Of a stretch of DNA of 64,000 bases, positions 1 through 45,300 are shown piece by piece; within the stretch, counting starts at the first letter, position 1, and each line of letters opens with the position of its first letter. Origin of the DNA: Phoronis australis. Taxonomy: Eukaryota > Animalia > Phoronida. The notes under the pieces were generated by a model. It was given only the letters and a program-made list of their open reading frames with translations. It was not told the origin of the DNA and did no database searches. The position numbers and the translations under genes are program-made. Location of the stretch: positions 62,001 through 126,000 of the forward strand of contig NMRA01000089.1 in the NCBI GenBank assembly GCA_002633005.1, in the 5' to 3' direction.

Positions 1-150
1 GCTAACAACGGGAGACAATAAATAGCCATGTGCAGTTCAACACGAGACTGATAACATGACACAACTTAATGCATTTTGAATTCCACAAAATTGTATGTTG
101 ACTTGTACAATAACTACAGGACTACCTCATACAAAGGAACTCAGAACTAC

Positions 151-32896
<32,746 letters not shown>

Positions 32897-33313
32897 AGTA
32901 TCTGAGGGGGGAAACCTGTCACCGGAATTAGAAAACGAGAAGAAATATCCGCCCTTCCCGGAATCAATGAAACCCAAATGGCGAAATGAACATACGGGGA
33001 CTTTGGTTAACAAAGGCCATATTTTCAAATCATTCTTAGTACTTTCGGACTTAAGAAAGTTTCATTATTGTTTGATTTTGTGTACCGTAAGAAATGTAAA
33101 AATTTTATTCTAGTTGTTTTTTCAATATTGGTTGAAAACTACAAAGTTTTGTAGAAAAATATACTAATACTACTATTTCTTTGAAACGTTACTTCATCCT
33201 TGCCCGTATTTGCCCATCATCTGTTTACGTTTCGAGTCGTTTGTCGGACGGTCAAAACTTTTTGAAAACTTACGTTATTGTTTTTGTAGAGATGTCTTAA
33301 TCACAACCACACC
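32897..33313. promoter_or_regulatory. Putative bidirectional promoter and 5' UTRs of DYNC1H1 and Pellino
   Basis: 417 bp between divergent ATGs. Contains two CCGGAA (ETS-like) motifs, CCGCCC (GC-box-like) and AAATGGCG (YY1-like) within 32920-32985. Confidence 0.6.
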
Positions 33314-33333
33314 ATGCCAGACACCAATCCCAA
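33314..33333 (+). CDS. PELI: Pellino exon 1 (putative start, MPDTNP)
   Basis: Kozak-like CACCATG followed by consensus donor AA|GTAAGT. Phase 2 matches the exon 2 acceptor. Short and not confirmable by homology. Confidence 0.65.
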
Positions 33334-36300
33334 GTAAGTAGTCTCTGAAATGAACCATATTATGTTCTATTTTGAGTAAAACTTTGACAGGCGAATTCGC
33401 TTTTGTTCAAGACCAAGTGATTTCGCTATCCGTATCACATTATTGTTAGTGTTACTGTCTCTCATTTAAACAGTGTCTCTGACTCACTAAACGGACATTA
33501 AAGGCGACATGAGATCGTAAGGGCGAATGAACCAATGTCAGTTTCTTTGAATTAATTCTGATCACCCTGAAACTCAGTCTTTTACTGCCTTATTGTTTAG
33601 TTCACTTTTGACGTGTAGAAAAACTCATCAGTAATTTTGTATTGTACTATTGTTCCGAACCATTTAGTAATCTGCACCATGTAGGAATAGGCAGTGGTCG
33701 GATATAGCAGTCCTTGATGGAGCGAACCAAGTAATCACTGAATAACAGATTCGTTATTTAGGGGAGGAAACTGATTCTCTAAGTCAGGGACTGCTATGTC
33801 TGACCAGTGGTGGGTAAAAGTTGAATTATATATAGTTGTGTCCTTTAAAATGACTGCTGTGAACCAGTTTCATTTTTACGTATGTTTAAAATAATTTTGA
33901 GATCACGTCCATTCTCAATTCCTATATTGTTACTCCATGTAGGAATTCCTACGTTTATTTGTTTGTAAGCGATGTAGGATTATTCTTTATTAGTCATGTT
34001 GAAAAATCTGCCGACATTGAAACTTGAACCAGGGTTCCTTGTGTGAGAGCTGAACATCGTAACCATTTAGCCAAGAGGCAATTGTCACTTGGCAAGGGAA
34101 TTAGAAAGGCTTTATATGACTCCATATCACACCTGGAAGTCACAAGTCTTAACACTTATACAGATTCCTACGTGGTTCAGAAAACACTAATGTACCGTAC
34201 TTAGTCACTGAGACTTGAACCAGGGACTCTCAGCGTGCTGAGTTCAGTGTCCAAACTGGTCACCCTAGAGGCACTTGCCTGTTGGAAAGCAATTTGGAGA
34301 GGCTTTATTAGACTTTAGGTCACACCTAGAACTGAAAATTCACAACTGGTCTTTTGGTCCACCAACACTGTTGGTCATACTGCCTTCCGTCACTATTAAT
34401 GATAACTTGACAGTACTCCAATAGTCGTTAGAGATGTAAAAAATATACTGCTGCTCCCTCTGTAGGGCATCATCCAATTGATCCTTACACTCTTGCTTCT
34501 ATAATTGTCAAACTGTAACTGACGTAACTCTTGTTTCTAAAATACTTGAATTTAAATAAAACAACTAGAATGGATCAACTGAAATTTTGGGATGTAATAA
34601 CGTCCTTTGTTTCTGTTGACAAAGGACGTTATTACGGTACATCCGAAAATTTCAGTTGATCCATTCTTGTTGTTTTATTTACCTATTTAAATTCTACATT
34701 TCATGAAACAATAGTATCCTTGGGAGAATCTGGATCGCCTTATTTAGTTTCAGAAATTATTTTCTACATTAAAATACTTGGCAATACTACCGCTACTATG
34801 ACTACTTAACTGTCACCGGTAACCTGGATAACGTGTTAACTCCAAATAATCATTTGTTCCAAAGAACTTCAAATGACACTGGAAACTCCACTAACAGGGC
34901 TCGACATAACGAGCTATTTGCGACCTGAAATTTGGAAATGCGAGCTGAGATTTTTGTCTGCTCGTATCAAGTCGCAAAATGCGACCTGGAATTTCCAACG
35001 AATGCGAGCTGAGTTTTTACACTTCTCAACAGATACAAGGCAAATACAAAGCAGCTCTTGTTAATCCGACCGTTATTTGGTTGTTGCCAAATCCAAGTTC
35101 AAAAGAACACTAACCGAGAACAACCCTCCCGATGACTTGAAAGCAAGTCGCGTGAACATGGGATATGCAGAATCGATCTTTGACGCGTTTCATTGGCTAA
35201 CACTTTCGGCCACTTTTGTAAATTCCCGGATTTGCCGAAGAAAGTTTCGGGCCACTGCTTAACACGTGATAAAACTTCACAAAACAACAGTGTTTCTACT
35301 AATTCTTAAGCGATCAACTTACCAAACTTTGTGGTGGACAAAAATGTTTATTTTTCACATAAGATGTCCTTATTACATGTTCCAAATATCCACGACAATA
35401 TCCCTGATATCGCACTGCGGCACCGTTAGCGCGCAAGCGGTCCCGGCAGACAATCGTGACTTAGACTGAGATGTGCTTCTCCTTTTTATCATATTAAGAC
35501 AGCCAAAGTGAAAATGACAGCCTTATTAATCGCCAAACGACGGTCACGTCTTTACTTTCAGTTGCCAAGAAATTCTCAAACCCTTTACTTGTTTCTCTGG
35601 GGCTACGGGTGCGAAATATGATTTGTCTTTCACAAGTTCGGTTGCCAACGTAAACTGTAGGCCTACTCCAACGATTCAAGTGCGTGAACTCACGGGTGCG
35701 CACCACTTCAAAGAACAGCGACAGTCCTAAATGAAAGAGTGTAACCGGCTTGGCTCTGATTTATTTAAAAATGAACTCAGATTCCCAGCGGTTGTAAAAG
35801 ACCCGATGTCCCGGGACCGATATAACCCAGAACTGACGTTTCCCGAGGTCGATGTTCTGTAAACCCTGTATTCTATGCCCGTAGCCAACTATTGCAACTA
35901 AACTGGCACTAGATGCGAAATTGTGGTTCAAATTAGCGAACTTTTCATTCTTCTTTTTTATACACCCCCCTCCCCAGCAACTTTTCACTCCCCGAACCAC
36001 CCGCGTCGCCGTAAAATGTTCAGACTCCTAAAGAAACAACCTTGTTCCGGCTGAAGCAGGCAGTTAAAAATAAAATCATTCCGGGTGGCTAAAAAGGATA
36101 CAATGTACAGTTGGTGGTAACGATATCCAGAAAATCACCCCTACTAGATGGAGTTTGCCTCTCAAAATCCTATTATTATAACGTTTGTTACCATTGCAGC
36201 GTTTTAAGTATCTTATTACTGCAAACACTGAGGTTAACGGCTATGCTCACGCACAAGCCTACTCCCTACCTTTAAAGTGTTTCATAATAAGCGCTCACTG

Positions 36301-39300
36301 ATTTATTAAAAGTCCCCCCTCAAATTTTGAGAATTTCCAATTAAGCGCCCACAGTTCAAGCTAGCGCCCATCATGGCGCACTACAAACGACCGCGTGTGG
36401 TTTAAAATTGACACGCAACTTATATGGCGTGTCACTTTCATTTTACACAATGTCAGTTTTCAAAAACGTTTTTTCACAATATGTAAAAACCAAATCCCGG
36501 CTTTGTTTTATACCTTGGAAAGAAAGTTAACACTAGTGACATGCGTGTCGTTTTGTGACTGACTTTCCCGTACTTGGAAGGTATTGAGGAGCAAACTCGC
36601 CATTACCCGAGTTAGTTTGAATCGTTAACGACTTTGATGACAGCCAGTAGCAGGCCAGATCTAACAAAATTCCAGATACTTTTTCAACGGGCATTTTCTC
36701 CCTTTTCACATCGCTAATTTAGCTACTCGAATGCACAAGTCAGTTAGAAAGCACTGATTCAACTTTCACGTTGGCAACTTGCGTTGCGCTCTAGAGTCTT
36801 TCAATGGCGGTCTTGAAGAACAGTAAGGCCGTACCTGCATGAATGAAGTCAATTTTGAGATCCGAAATTTGTGAGTATTTAACACTGCAGGTAAGAGCAT
36901 AATCTAAACATTTTCTCGATGATCTAAAAAATCTATTTTGGCGCGTAAAATAAGCGGGAAAATTTTGCGACTTGGCATTTACGAATGCGAGCTGGATTTT
37001 GAAAATGCGACCTGGGATTTTGGCTAGGTCGCAAAATGCGACCTGGTGATTTTAATAGCGTCGAGCCCTGACTAATCATGAATGTCATTCGCTTTCCCCA
37101 GCATTATGTACCAAACAATACTATGCGACTCGGAAAAAATATCTGGAACTCCCCCCCCTTCTGAAAAAGTGCAGGCATGGGTGACTGATCGGGTGCAACA
37201 GTAACCAGCATTCCTTAACCCTTTACTATGATAAAACTACATGACAAGCTATGCTGTGGAAACCACTGGTTACCTAATTGTAAGAGCCCTACTTGTTGAA
37301 TCCTTAAATGGAAGCACACTAAGGTGCTAGCCCCTAGAAACTAAGAAAATACCGGAGCTTAGAATTCAAGCAAGCCATTGACCACCACACTTAAAGAGTA
37401 GCAGGATTGTTGCAGGGTCCATCTGCTACTCTAAAATAAGATGTTATCACAGCTTTTTTCCGCCTAGTCATCCTTTATATAACGGATGTGACAATAATAA
37501 TCCTACAATTGAACATGGCAATTATGTCATCAGTTTAACCTCATGTCATTGTAAGCAACTTAGGTTAGTAGTTATATTTGAACTTAAGGTTTAATTCTGA
37601 ATTTGAAAAAGTATTTTTTACTGATAGACAATGAAAAGTGTGCAATGTGTTCTTGCTTGTTATTTAATAGATAGTCAAGGCATTTGGTCTACCTGACAAG
37701 ATTGGACAAATGGGTGAAAATCCTAACATTAACAAAATGACATTGATTAAAAAGTTATGGACCTAAACAGCAACATTTTTGTATAGTTTCAGAGGATGTC
37801 ATATTCATATTCATTGCATATACCCCATGTATATTGTATGGTCACATTTAATTGAATAAGTACCATATATATTGTATAGTGTCACATTTGTTTGAATATA
37901 TTCCATGTATATTTTATGCTCATATCCTGCTTGAACAATGCTACTCTTGATCCATTAAGCAGGTATAAACTCCCATTCCAAGAAGTGATTTTTAAAACCA
38001 CGTACTGCTTTGAAATTGGCCTCGATTTTTCATGCTTGGCGCTTATATTGATTCATCATGACAAGCCAACTATAAGAGCTTGTTCTCAAACAATAAAGAA
38101 CTGTCATTTCTTTCCAAATCCCTAAATCACTTACAAATTGACAAGGATCAATATAAAACCGATTTTGTAACGGTAAGCATTTTTTAAAAGTCAAAAGTTT
38201 TTGTTGGAAGGCCATTGCAGGGGAACATGAAATATTGATATTTAATTACAATGTGATAAGCAACCGGGCTGTACTTGAGTGATGATAAGTTAGAATTTTG
38301 CAAAAATATCATGTGTGCATATTCGGGTTTTGCAACGACCATTTACTGTGGCTGTGTAAAAGTGTCACCAATTCAGGAAACAATAGGGAAGATACTTCTG
38401 TACCATAGCTATCATCATGTAATGTAAGAAATCAAGAATGATCAAAACAATGTTAGAAGCATTTGTGAACAGAAAATATGTCAATTTTGGTAATTGTTCT
38501 TATCCAAAGTTGGTGAGATTTTACTGTATGATGTTGGTATGTATCAGAATGTTAAATGGCGTAATTAGAAGAATTATTCAAACTGTGAAATAAGGTGAAC
38601 TTAGCGCTCTTCTGGTTTTCCGTGATTGTACTTAGCTTATGCGTAGTTGAAACTCCTCAATGTTTACGGGTAGTTCAGAAAACTCGCTTAATGCCCGGTT
38701 GATTTCCAGTTCACTGCATGTTGTGAACGTGCCCAGTCCTGTCATCCTCTGATAAGTAAGTAGCCTAGCCCTGAGACAGTTGTTATCAACTTTTGTAATC
38801 TCCAGTCATTGTACAACTGCTGGTGATAGTCAGTCTACATTACACAGTTTTATAGGTTTAGAAAAGTACTAAACATTTGCTCGTATTCTGTTGGCTTAAC
38901 AACAGAATCCATGGGGATGGTGAGTTAAAATGTTGAAGTATCTAATATATTTTTGTTGTCGAAATAAAATTTGTCTGAGCCAGAGGAACTCACTGGTACT
39001 CTTAAAGCTGATGGTCTTGCAAAACCTGGCAAATACATGTTTGTCGTTGTCTAGTTATAGCTCTGTCGAATAGTGTATTTAGCTAACCGAAAGACTTGTG
39101 CTGCGCCCCCTAGTGACTGTTTTATTGGCCCAGTATTCACTTGTGGTATGTGTATCTCTGCTAAATGCCTTGAAGAATCATCATGGCAAATGGAATTTCA
39201 GGTCAATCTTTAAGTTGGGCATGACTGGCATCGATTATTAGATGATCCAATGACTACAGTGCCTCCTGGTGGTGATTTCTGTTTTCTTTGTGACAAACTC

Positions 39301-42300
39301 CTCATCTACCAAGATCACATTCCCCAATTTTTGGGTGACATACCGTTGCACGACGTATAATTCTCTCTAGTGGGTGGACGTGTTTGGGCTGTTTATGGTG
39401 CACACAGTGGATGCATTTCAACACTTTGCTCTTGTTATATTAGACAAGAGGAATAAAGACTTAATCTGAGCAAGCTGCGGTCATGTAAGCTTCTATGGCA
39501 ATTTGGTGACGGTCTTGTCCTAGTATGAAAACTACACAGTGTTATCAAATTGGAGAGGAAAATGTGCATCTGAGGTGGTGGCCACTTTAATGTAGTCAAA
39601 TATCGTTAATTGACTGCATGAAATTTCTTAAAGTATGTCACTATGTCAAAATTTTTTTTGGTTTGTTTTTGTTTGTATGCACACTATTGTCTGGCTGTAC
39701 TTCGGGAGCAAGTTTTCGGTTATACAGAATTTATTAAACGCACGATACTTTTCATTGTTCACAGTTTTTATTCCGTTACGTTCGTACTTTCGGAACAAAG
39801 CTCTACTCTCAACTGAACATCGTTACAGTGACTGAGCTGGCGACATAATTAAGACACACGATATTTCGAAACATACTTGTTTCATTCTCAAGTGAAGATA
39901 AAATGACGCAGTAATGCCACCACAGAGTATAAGCTGATGACACACCCAGTGGGACACAGCGGGTGTGAAATACTGCAAAGAATGACTAATGAAGGGGGGG
40001 TAACAGGAAAGTCACGCAAACAAGTGTAACTTGCGGCGCGGCCCTGTTTGCTGCTCATTCAAAACAGGCTTCTCAAAAGCAATCAAAAGGGACTCTAATA
40101 CTTTCAAACGCAGCACATCTTGCCCCACGTAGCGAATTGACGTGTTTTCTACAATTTCTTGACGGGTGATTTTATGTTCGTGACATTGCAGAAAATGATC
40201 TTAGATGGCACCATTTTAAAGATGCATTGATAACTCACGGGAAAGACTGCAAACTGTTTGACCAATGTAACATTGTTTGACGTTTGAACGAAGACATTCG
40301 TTCATAGGGCATACAAACTCATTAACAAATTCTGTATAACACTACTGTCTAGCAGGCACTATTGTAGTTATAAGTAAAAGCAGTAATATCGGCGACTTTG
40401 TTTATTCCGCCAATTGCAATGAACAATGCGCTCGCCCTATTCAGAAAATGTTACACTACTATTAATACTACAGGTTGCGTTTTTGTGAACCACCTGAAAT
40501 TCCCACACAACCTTTATTTCACTAAGAGTATGAGTTGTAAGATGCCGCTGTGGCGGCTATTTTTCAAATTTTCACTTCACAGAGCTCTGGTTTTGCAATC
40601 CTTTGTGGGATTCTTCTGGAATTTGGTATGTAGATTGATCTTGCCAAGGGCTACCTTGAGAGTACCGTCCTTCCTTCATTCCAACTTACCATTCTCGAGC
40701 AATTCTGGACTTATTGATCTTATGACTGTTCTTTTATTGGTCAATTCCTTGCCTTTCAAATGCAATTGCTATAGGCAGCAATTTTTTCCGATGTGCATTA
40801 CATTTGCGCGTAATATGTTTCTTATGAAAAACTTGAAGCCTGCTGTTTTTAGGCTAAATCAGACGCAGTGTGGTTCTGTAATAGAAATTTTTAAATTATC
40901 ATTTGAGGAGCACTTGCTCTGCGATCCTTTAGGCAATCCTTTGATATTTAATAATGAAGATAGACATCTTCATCCATTTCTCTCTATAACTTGCCAGTTT
41001 TCAAGTTATTCGAAATACTTGGATTTCATCCTTTGTCAATTGATTTCACTTAAGTTAATTTATCATCAATTGTACATTGGTGTCATGGGAGTGACATCTA
41101 GTGAGTCGTGGTCATGGCTGGTCATGTTATTGTTTTATTCGTCACCCTTATTTTAAGGTTTTTCGGTGTTGCCAAATGAATCTCCTCAGAACATTTTCTT
41201 TTATTTATTTTTAGTTTGCTCCGATAATAATTCTTTGTCTTAGTATTATTATTCTGTTGTACTCTTTGTGTTTGCTCAGGTGAATGTTTTATAGAATTTT
41301 GGACTCGAATGCTTCGTTATGAACTGTCCCCACCATTCTCCAACATGAGAACCTCTGCTGGAGTTCTGGCATGTAAAGGGATTTCAAGTCAATGTATGTC
41401 TTCATACATTTCAAAGCACTGTATGTCTTCTTACATTTCAAGTCAATAGATGTCTTCTTACATTTCAAGTCACTGTATGTCTTCTTACATTTCAAGTCAA
41501 TAGATGTCTTCTTACATTTCAAGTCACTGTATGTCTTCTTACATTTCAAGTCAATAGATATCTTCTTACATTTCAAGTCACTGTATGTCTTCTTACATTT
41601 CAAGTCAATAGATATCTTCTTACATTTCAAGCCACTGTAAGTCTTCTTACATTTCAATTCGTTATATGTTTCTTACATTTCAAGTCGTATGTTTCTTACA
41701 TTTCAAATCACTGTATGTCTTCTTACATTTCAAGTCACTGTATGTTTTCTTACATTTTGCAGCAAAGAGGAGTCAGTTGGCTTCCAGCGACAGTCCACCC
41801 AGCTGGCATGTAATGACTGTGCCGACTCCAGCAGCCTAGACTTAACACAGGTGGTTACTAGTCCCTCGAGTAGTCCAAATGAAAAGGGACAACTGAAGAA
41901 CAGGATTGAAGCTATAGAAGTACCCTCAAAGCTGTCAGATAGTGTTGAACAGCCCACGGACTGTGACAAAACGTGTTCGTCTAGTAGTGAAGTGTCTGTG
42001 AACAATGCTTCGCCAAACAAGTCTGCTGATCCTCTCATAAAATATGGAGAGCTGGTTGTTTTGGGGTAAGTTATCTTTCTTTGTCCTGAAAACTTCTAGG
42101 TAACTTGCTATTATTGCATTCCGGTAATGATTTGCCTATAGATTTTTATTCAGTAAAAGCATATATTTTCAGAAAGTAGAAAGTCCGTAGAATTTGTTTA
42201 TGTTATACCAATCACATGACCATGTGTTTTTTGTAGTTCTAATTTAGCGAAAAAAAGAAAGTTTCTCAAAAACTTGATCAAATATCGTGTGATGGAAATG

Positions 42301-45300
42301 TACAAAATGAAGTCTCAAAAATTCTGTTGCGTTCTCTAACCTATTATTTCGTTTTTGTTAAAGTAAAAATTTATAAAAGTCCTCTTTTGATAGCCCCTCA
42401 TTCAAATGTGGGAAATTTTGTACTCAGTTCCTAACAGCAGTTTTGACAAATAGTGCATGACAGTTTCATAGGAATCTGGTCGGCCATTTCTGAGTTGTGA
42501 TGTTCCAAAGTTTGTCAGATTTAGCCATTTTTAATCGACTTCCATAACATGTGAGGTTAATTAACATCCATCTGACACTTGATTTGAGTAACAAAAAGTC
42601 TTAAATATGAACTAGTCTCAAGTAATGTGCCTTCAAGATATGAACTAGTCTCAAGTAATGTGCCTTTAAGATATGAACTAGTCTCAAGTAATATGCCTTT
42701 AAGACATGAACTAGTCTCAAGTAATGTGCCTTTAAGATATGAACTAGTCTAAAGTAATGTGCCTTTAAGATAGGAACTAGTCTCAAGTATTGTGCCTTTA
42801 AGATAGGAACTAGTCTCAAGTAATGTGCTTTTAAGATAGGAACTAGTCTCAAGTAATGTACCTTTAAGATAGGAACTAGTCTCATGTAATGTGCCTTTAA
42901 GATAAGAACTAGTCTCAAGTAATGTGCCTTTAAGATAGGAACTAGACTCAAGTAATGTGCCTTTAAGATAAGAACTAGTCTCAAGTAATGTGCCTTTAAG
43001 ATATGAACTAGTCTCGTGTAATGTGCCTTTAAGACATGAACTAGACTCATGTAATGTGCCTTTAAGATGGAACAGTCTTAAATATTTTTGCCTTTAATAC
43101 TGAAAATAGTCATTTTTCATGTTGTTAAAAGTAAGTACAGTTGTCTTTAATAATATTCTGTTTATGATTTGCTATTTTCCTCCCATGATAAGAGAAGGGC
43201 TGCAGTCCTGAGAAACTCACAAAAATAATGGATCGTGCAAATTTTTGCAAGACTTCGTCATAAGCAAAGCATGTAATCGTATCAGCTTCTCTCCTAAGTG
43301 TCTTGGGTTTAGCATGTAAACCCTGGCCATTGTCAGACTATAGGATGTTTCTATAGGCTGTTGTATGTTAGTGTTAATGTTTCCCCCATCATCCTTCCTT
43401 CCAATTACAATTCAGCTATTCTCAGATCCAGTAAATAGCTTGTGTATTGATTTGTTATTGGGCTCCTTATACATTCAGTAGTCTCTGAAGTTCTCACTGT
43501 TATGTCTGCACATGCGAGGCATGACTCCTTGAATCCACTCTCCAAACTCCCCATACTAACTCTGATTACTCACTGCAATGGTCATGTATGACGTCGAATA
43601 ACCTCACCAACTGTTTTAGCTCAAAAAATTGTATCGTACCTCCTGTTTGCAGTTAGTTGCTTGCTGTACACAAACGTTATGTTAGAACACCCATCTACAG
43701 TTAGTTACATACTGTACAGAAAGTTATGTTGGAACACCCATCTACAGTAATGTTAGTTGCATACTATACAGAAAATTGTGTTAGAACACCCATCTAATGT
43801 TAGTTGCATACTGTACAGAAAGTTATGTTGGAACACCCATCTACAGTAATGTTAGTTGTATACTATATAGAAAATTGTGTTAGAACACCCATATAATGTT
43901 AGTTGCATACTGTACAGAAAGTTATGTTTGAATACCCATCTACAGTAACGTTAGTTGCATACTATACAGAAAATTGTGTTAGAACACCCATCTAATGTTA
44001 GTTGCATACTGTACAGTAACTTGTGTTAGAACACCCATCTACAGTTAGTTGCATAAATGCATACTATACAGAAAGTTGTGATAGAACACCCATCTACAGT
44101 AACGTTATTTGCATACTATTCAGAAAATTGTGTTAGAACACCCATCTAATGTTAGTTGCATACTAAAGAAACTTTTGTTAGAACACCCATCTATAGTTAG
44201 TTGCATACAATACGCAAAACCGAGTGTGTAAGAGCAGGGCTTTCTGCTTAAGGTAAAAATCACCTTTGTTGTGTTGCTCCATGTCAGCTGTCTCTCTTGT
44301 GAATGCAGCTTTTGACTAAGTACTAATCTTTGTTAGAAAATGCCAACAGATTTTGTCGTTTCATATCTCCGGTCATCTTCAAGAATTTCAATCCCACTCA
44401 ATAATAAACACCAAAGTGCATTTTGGCTGTGAAAGTGATTTGTAATTTTAAATACAATGTGTCAACATTCATAGAGTTCTCATGATTGATCCTGCCAAAC
44501 TAGACAATAATTCATGTGGGCAACCTAGAACATGTGTTAGTTAGGTCTTACACATTGGCACAGTGTGCATTGTTATGAAGCCCCAGTAGAGCTAGTAAGG
44601 AGTTGATGGCTCTCACCTTTCTGGCAGAAGTCATCAGTTGTGCAAATTAATTAGTTGTTGGTGATAACAGTTTTACAAACCATTTCATTCCTCACTGTAT
44701 GTCCATCATCAGATTGCAATGTGTGTAGCTTAAAACCTAGGAGGACAGACACATCTCTGAACATTTTGAATTGACTCCATCATGACTATAGACAGTTATT
44801 ACCTGGACTGTATATGTCATCGCTCTTGCCAACTATTCAGGGAATACTCACTGAAGGTAATCTAAACCAGCAATAAGCACACTTTCTGCCAAAAAAAAAT
44901 AGCTTTTGATTTAGGTTAGCTTCCGTTTATAAATCTGGTCTTCACCTATTCGTCTTAAGTAAAGACAATTTTGGGCTTGGGAACAGTTGACAGACAGTTT
45001 GTCACTCATTGAGATCAAGTTTGATGGGTTAGCTTGTCATGGTGTCACTTTAGGCATCAAGTTGGTCTCAAGCACCGTCATACTGTCAATGTATACGTAC
45101 CTGCTCCAGAAATTGTTCCTCATCTAAGAAAGGAACAAATTGGAACCAGTGTTACGGTGGAAAGTGGTCTAAATTAGAAGTAGTTTCTTTGACTACTTGT
45201 GAAGTTTGTTTATCGCTGCTTTAGTAAAAGTTTTTGCCTCTCAAGACGTGTTTAGTCAGCTTCGATCAATTGAGCCAATCATGGATTTGAGTAGTCATAT

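Noticed and set aside
39628-40400. Possible TTAA-flanked (Kolobok/piggyBac-like) element; shares a short segment with 46614-46670
   Set aside because: I could not locate a matching second TIR or TSD by eye.
40398-41156. 252-aa plus-strand ORF, the longest in the track
   Set aside because: It starts at TTG, has the F/L/C-rich composition typical of AT-rich non-coding DNA, shows no recognisable domain and lies in Pellino intron 1. It could be a decayed TE antisense frame; BLASTX would settle it.
42601-43050. Repetitive ORFs (LRLVHILKAHY)n, (LKCKKTYSD)n at 41289-41657 and (YTGNLAQFTSV)n at 29961-30245
   Set aside because: These are translations of minisatellites whose unit lengths are multiples of 3. 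There is no splice or homology support.
42603-44210. 33-bp and ~50-bp arrays considered as possible CRISPR arrays
   Set aside because: The units are contiguous with no unique spacers, there are no cas genes, and the context is a eukaryotic intron.
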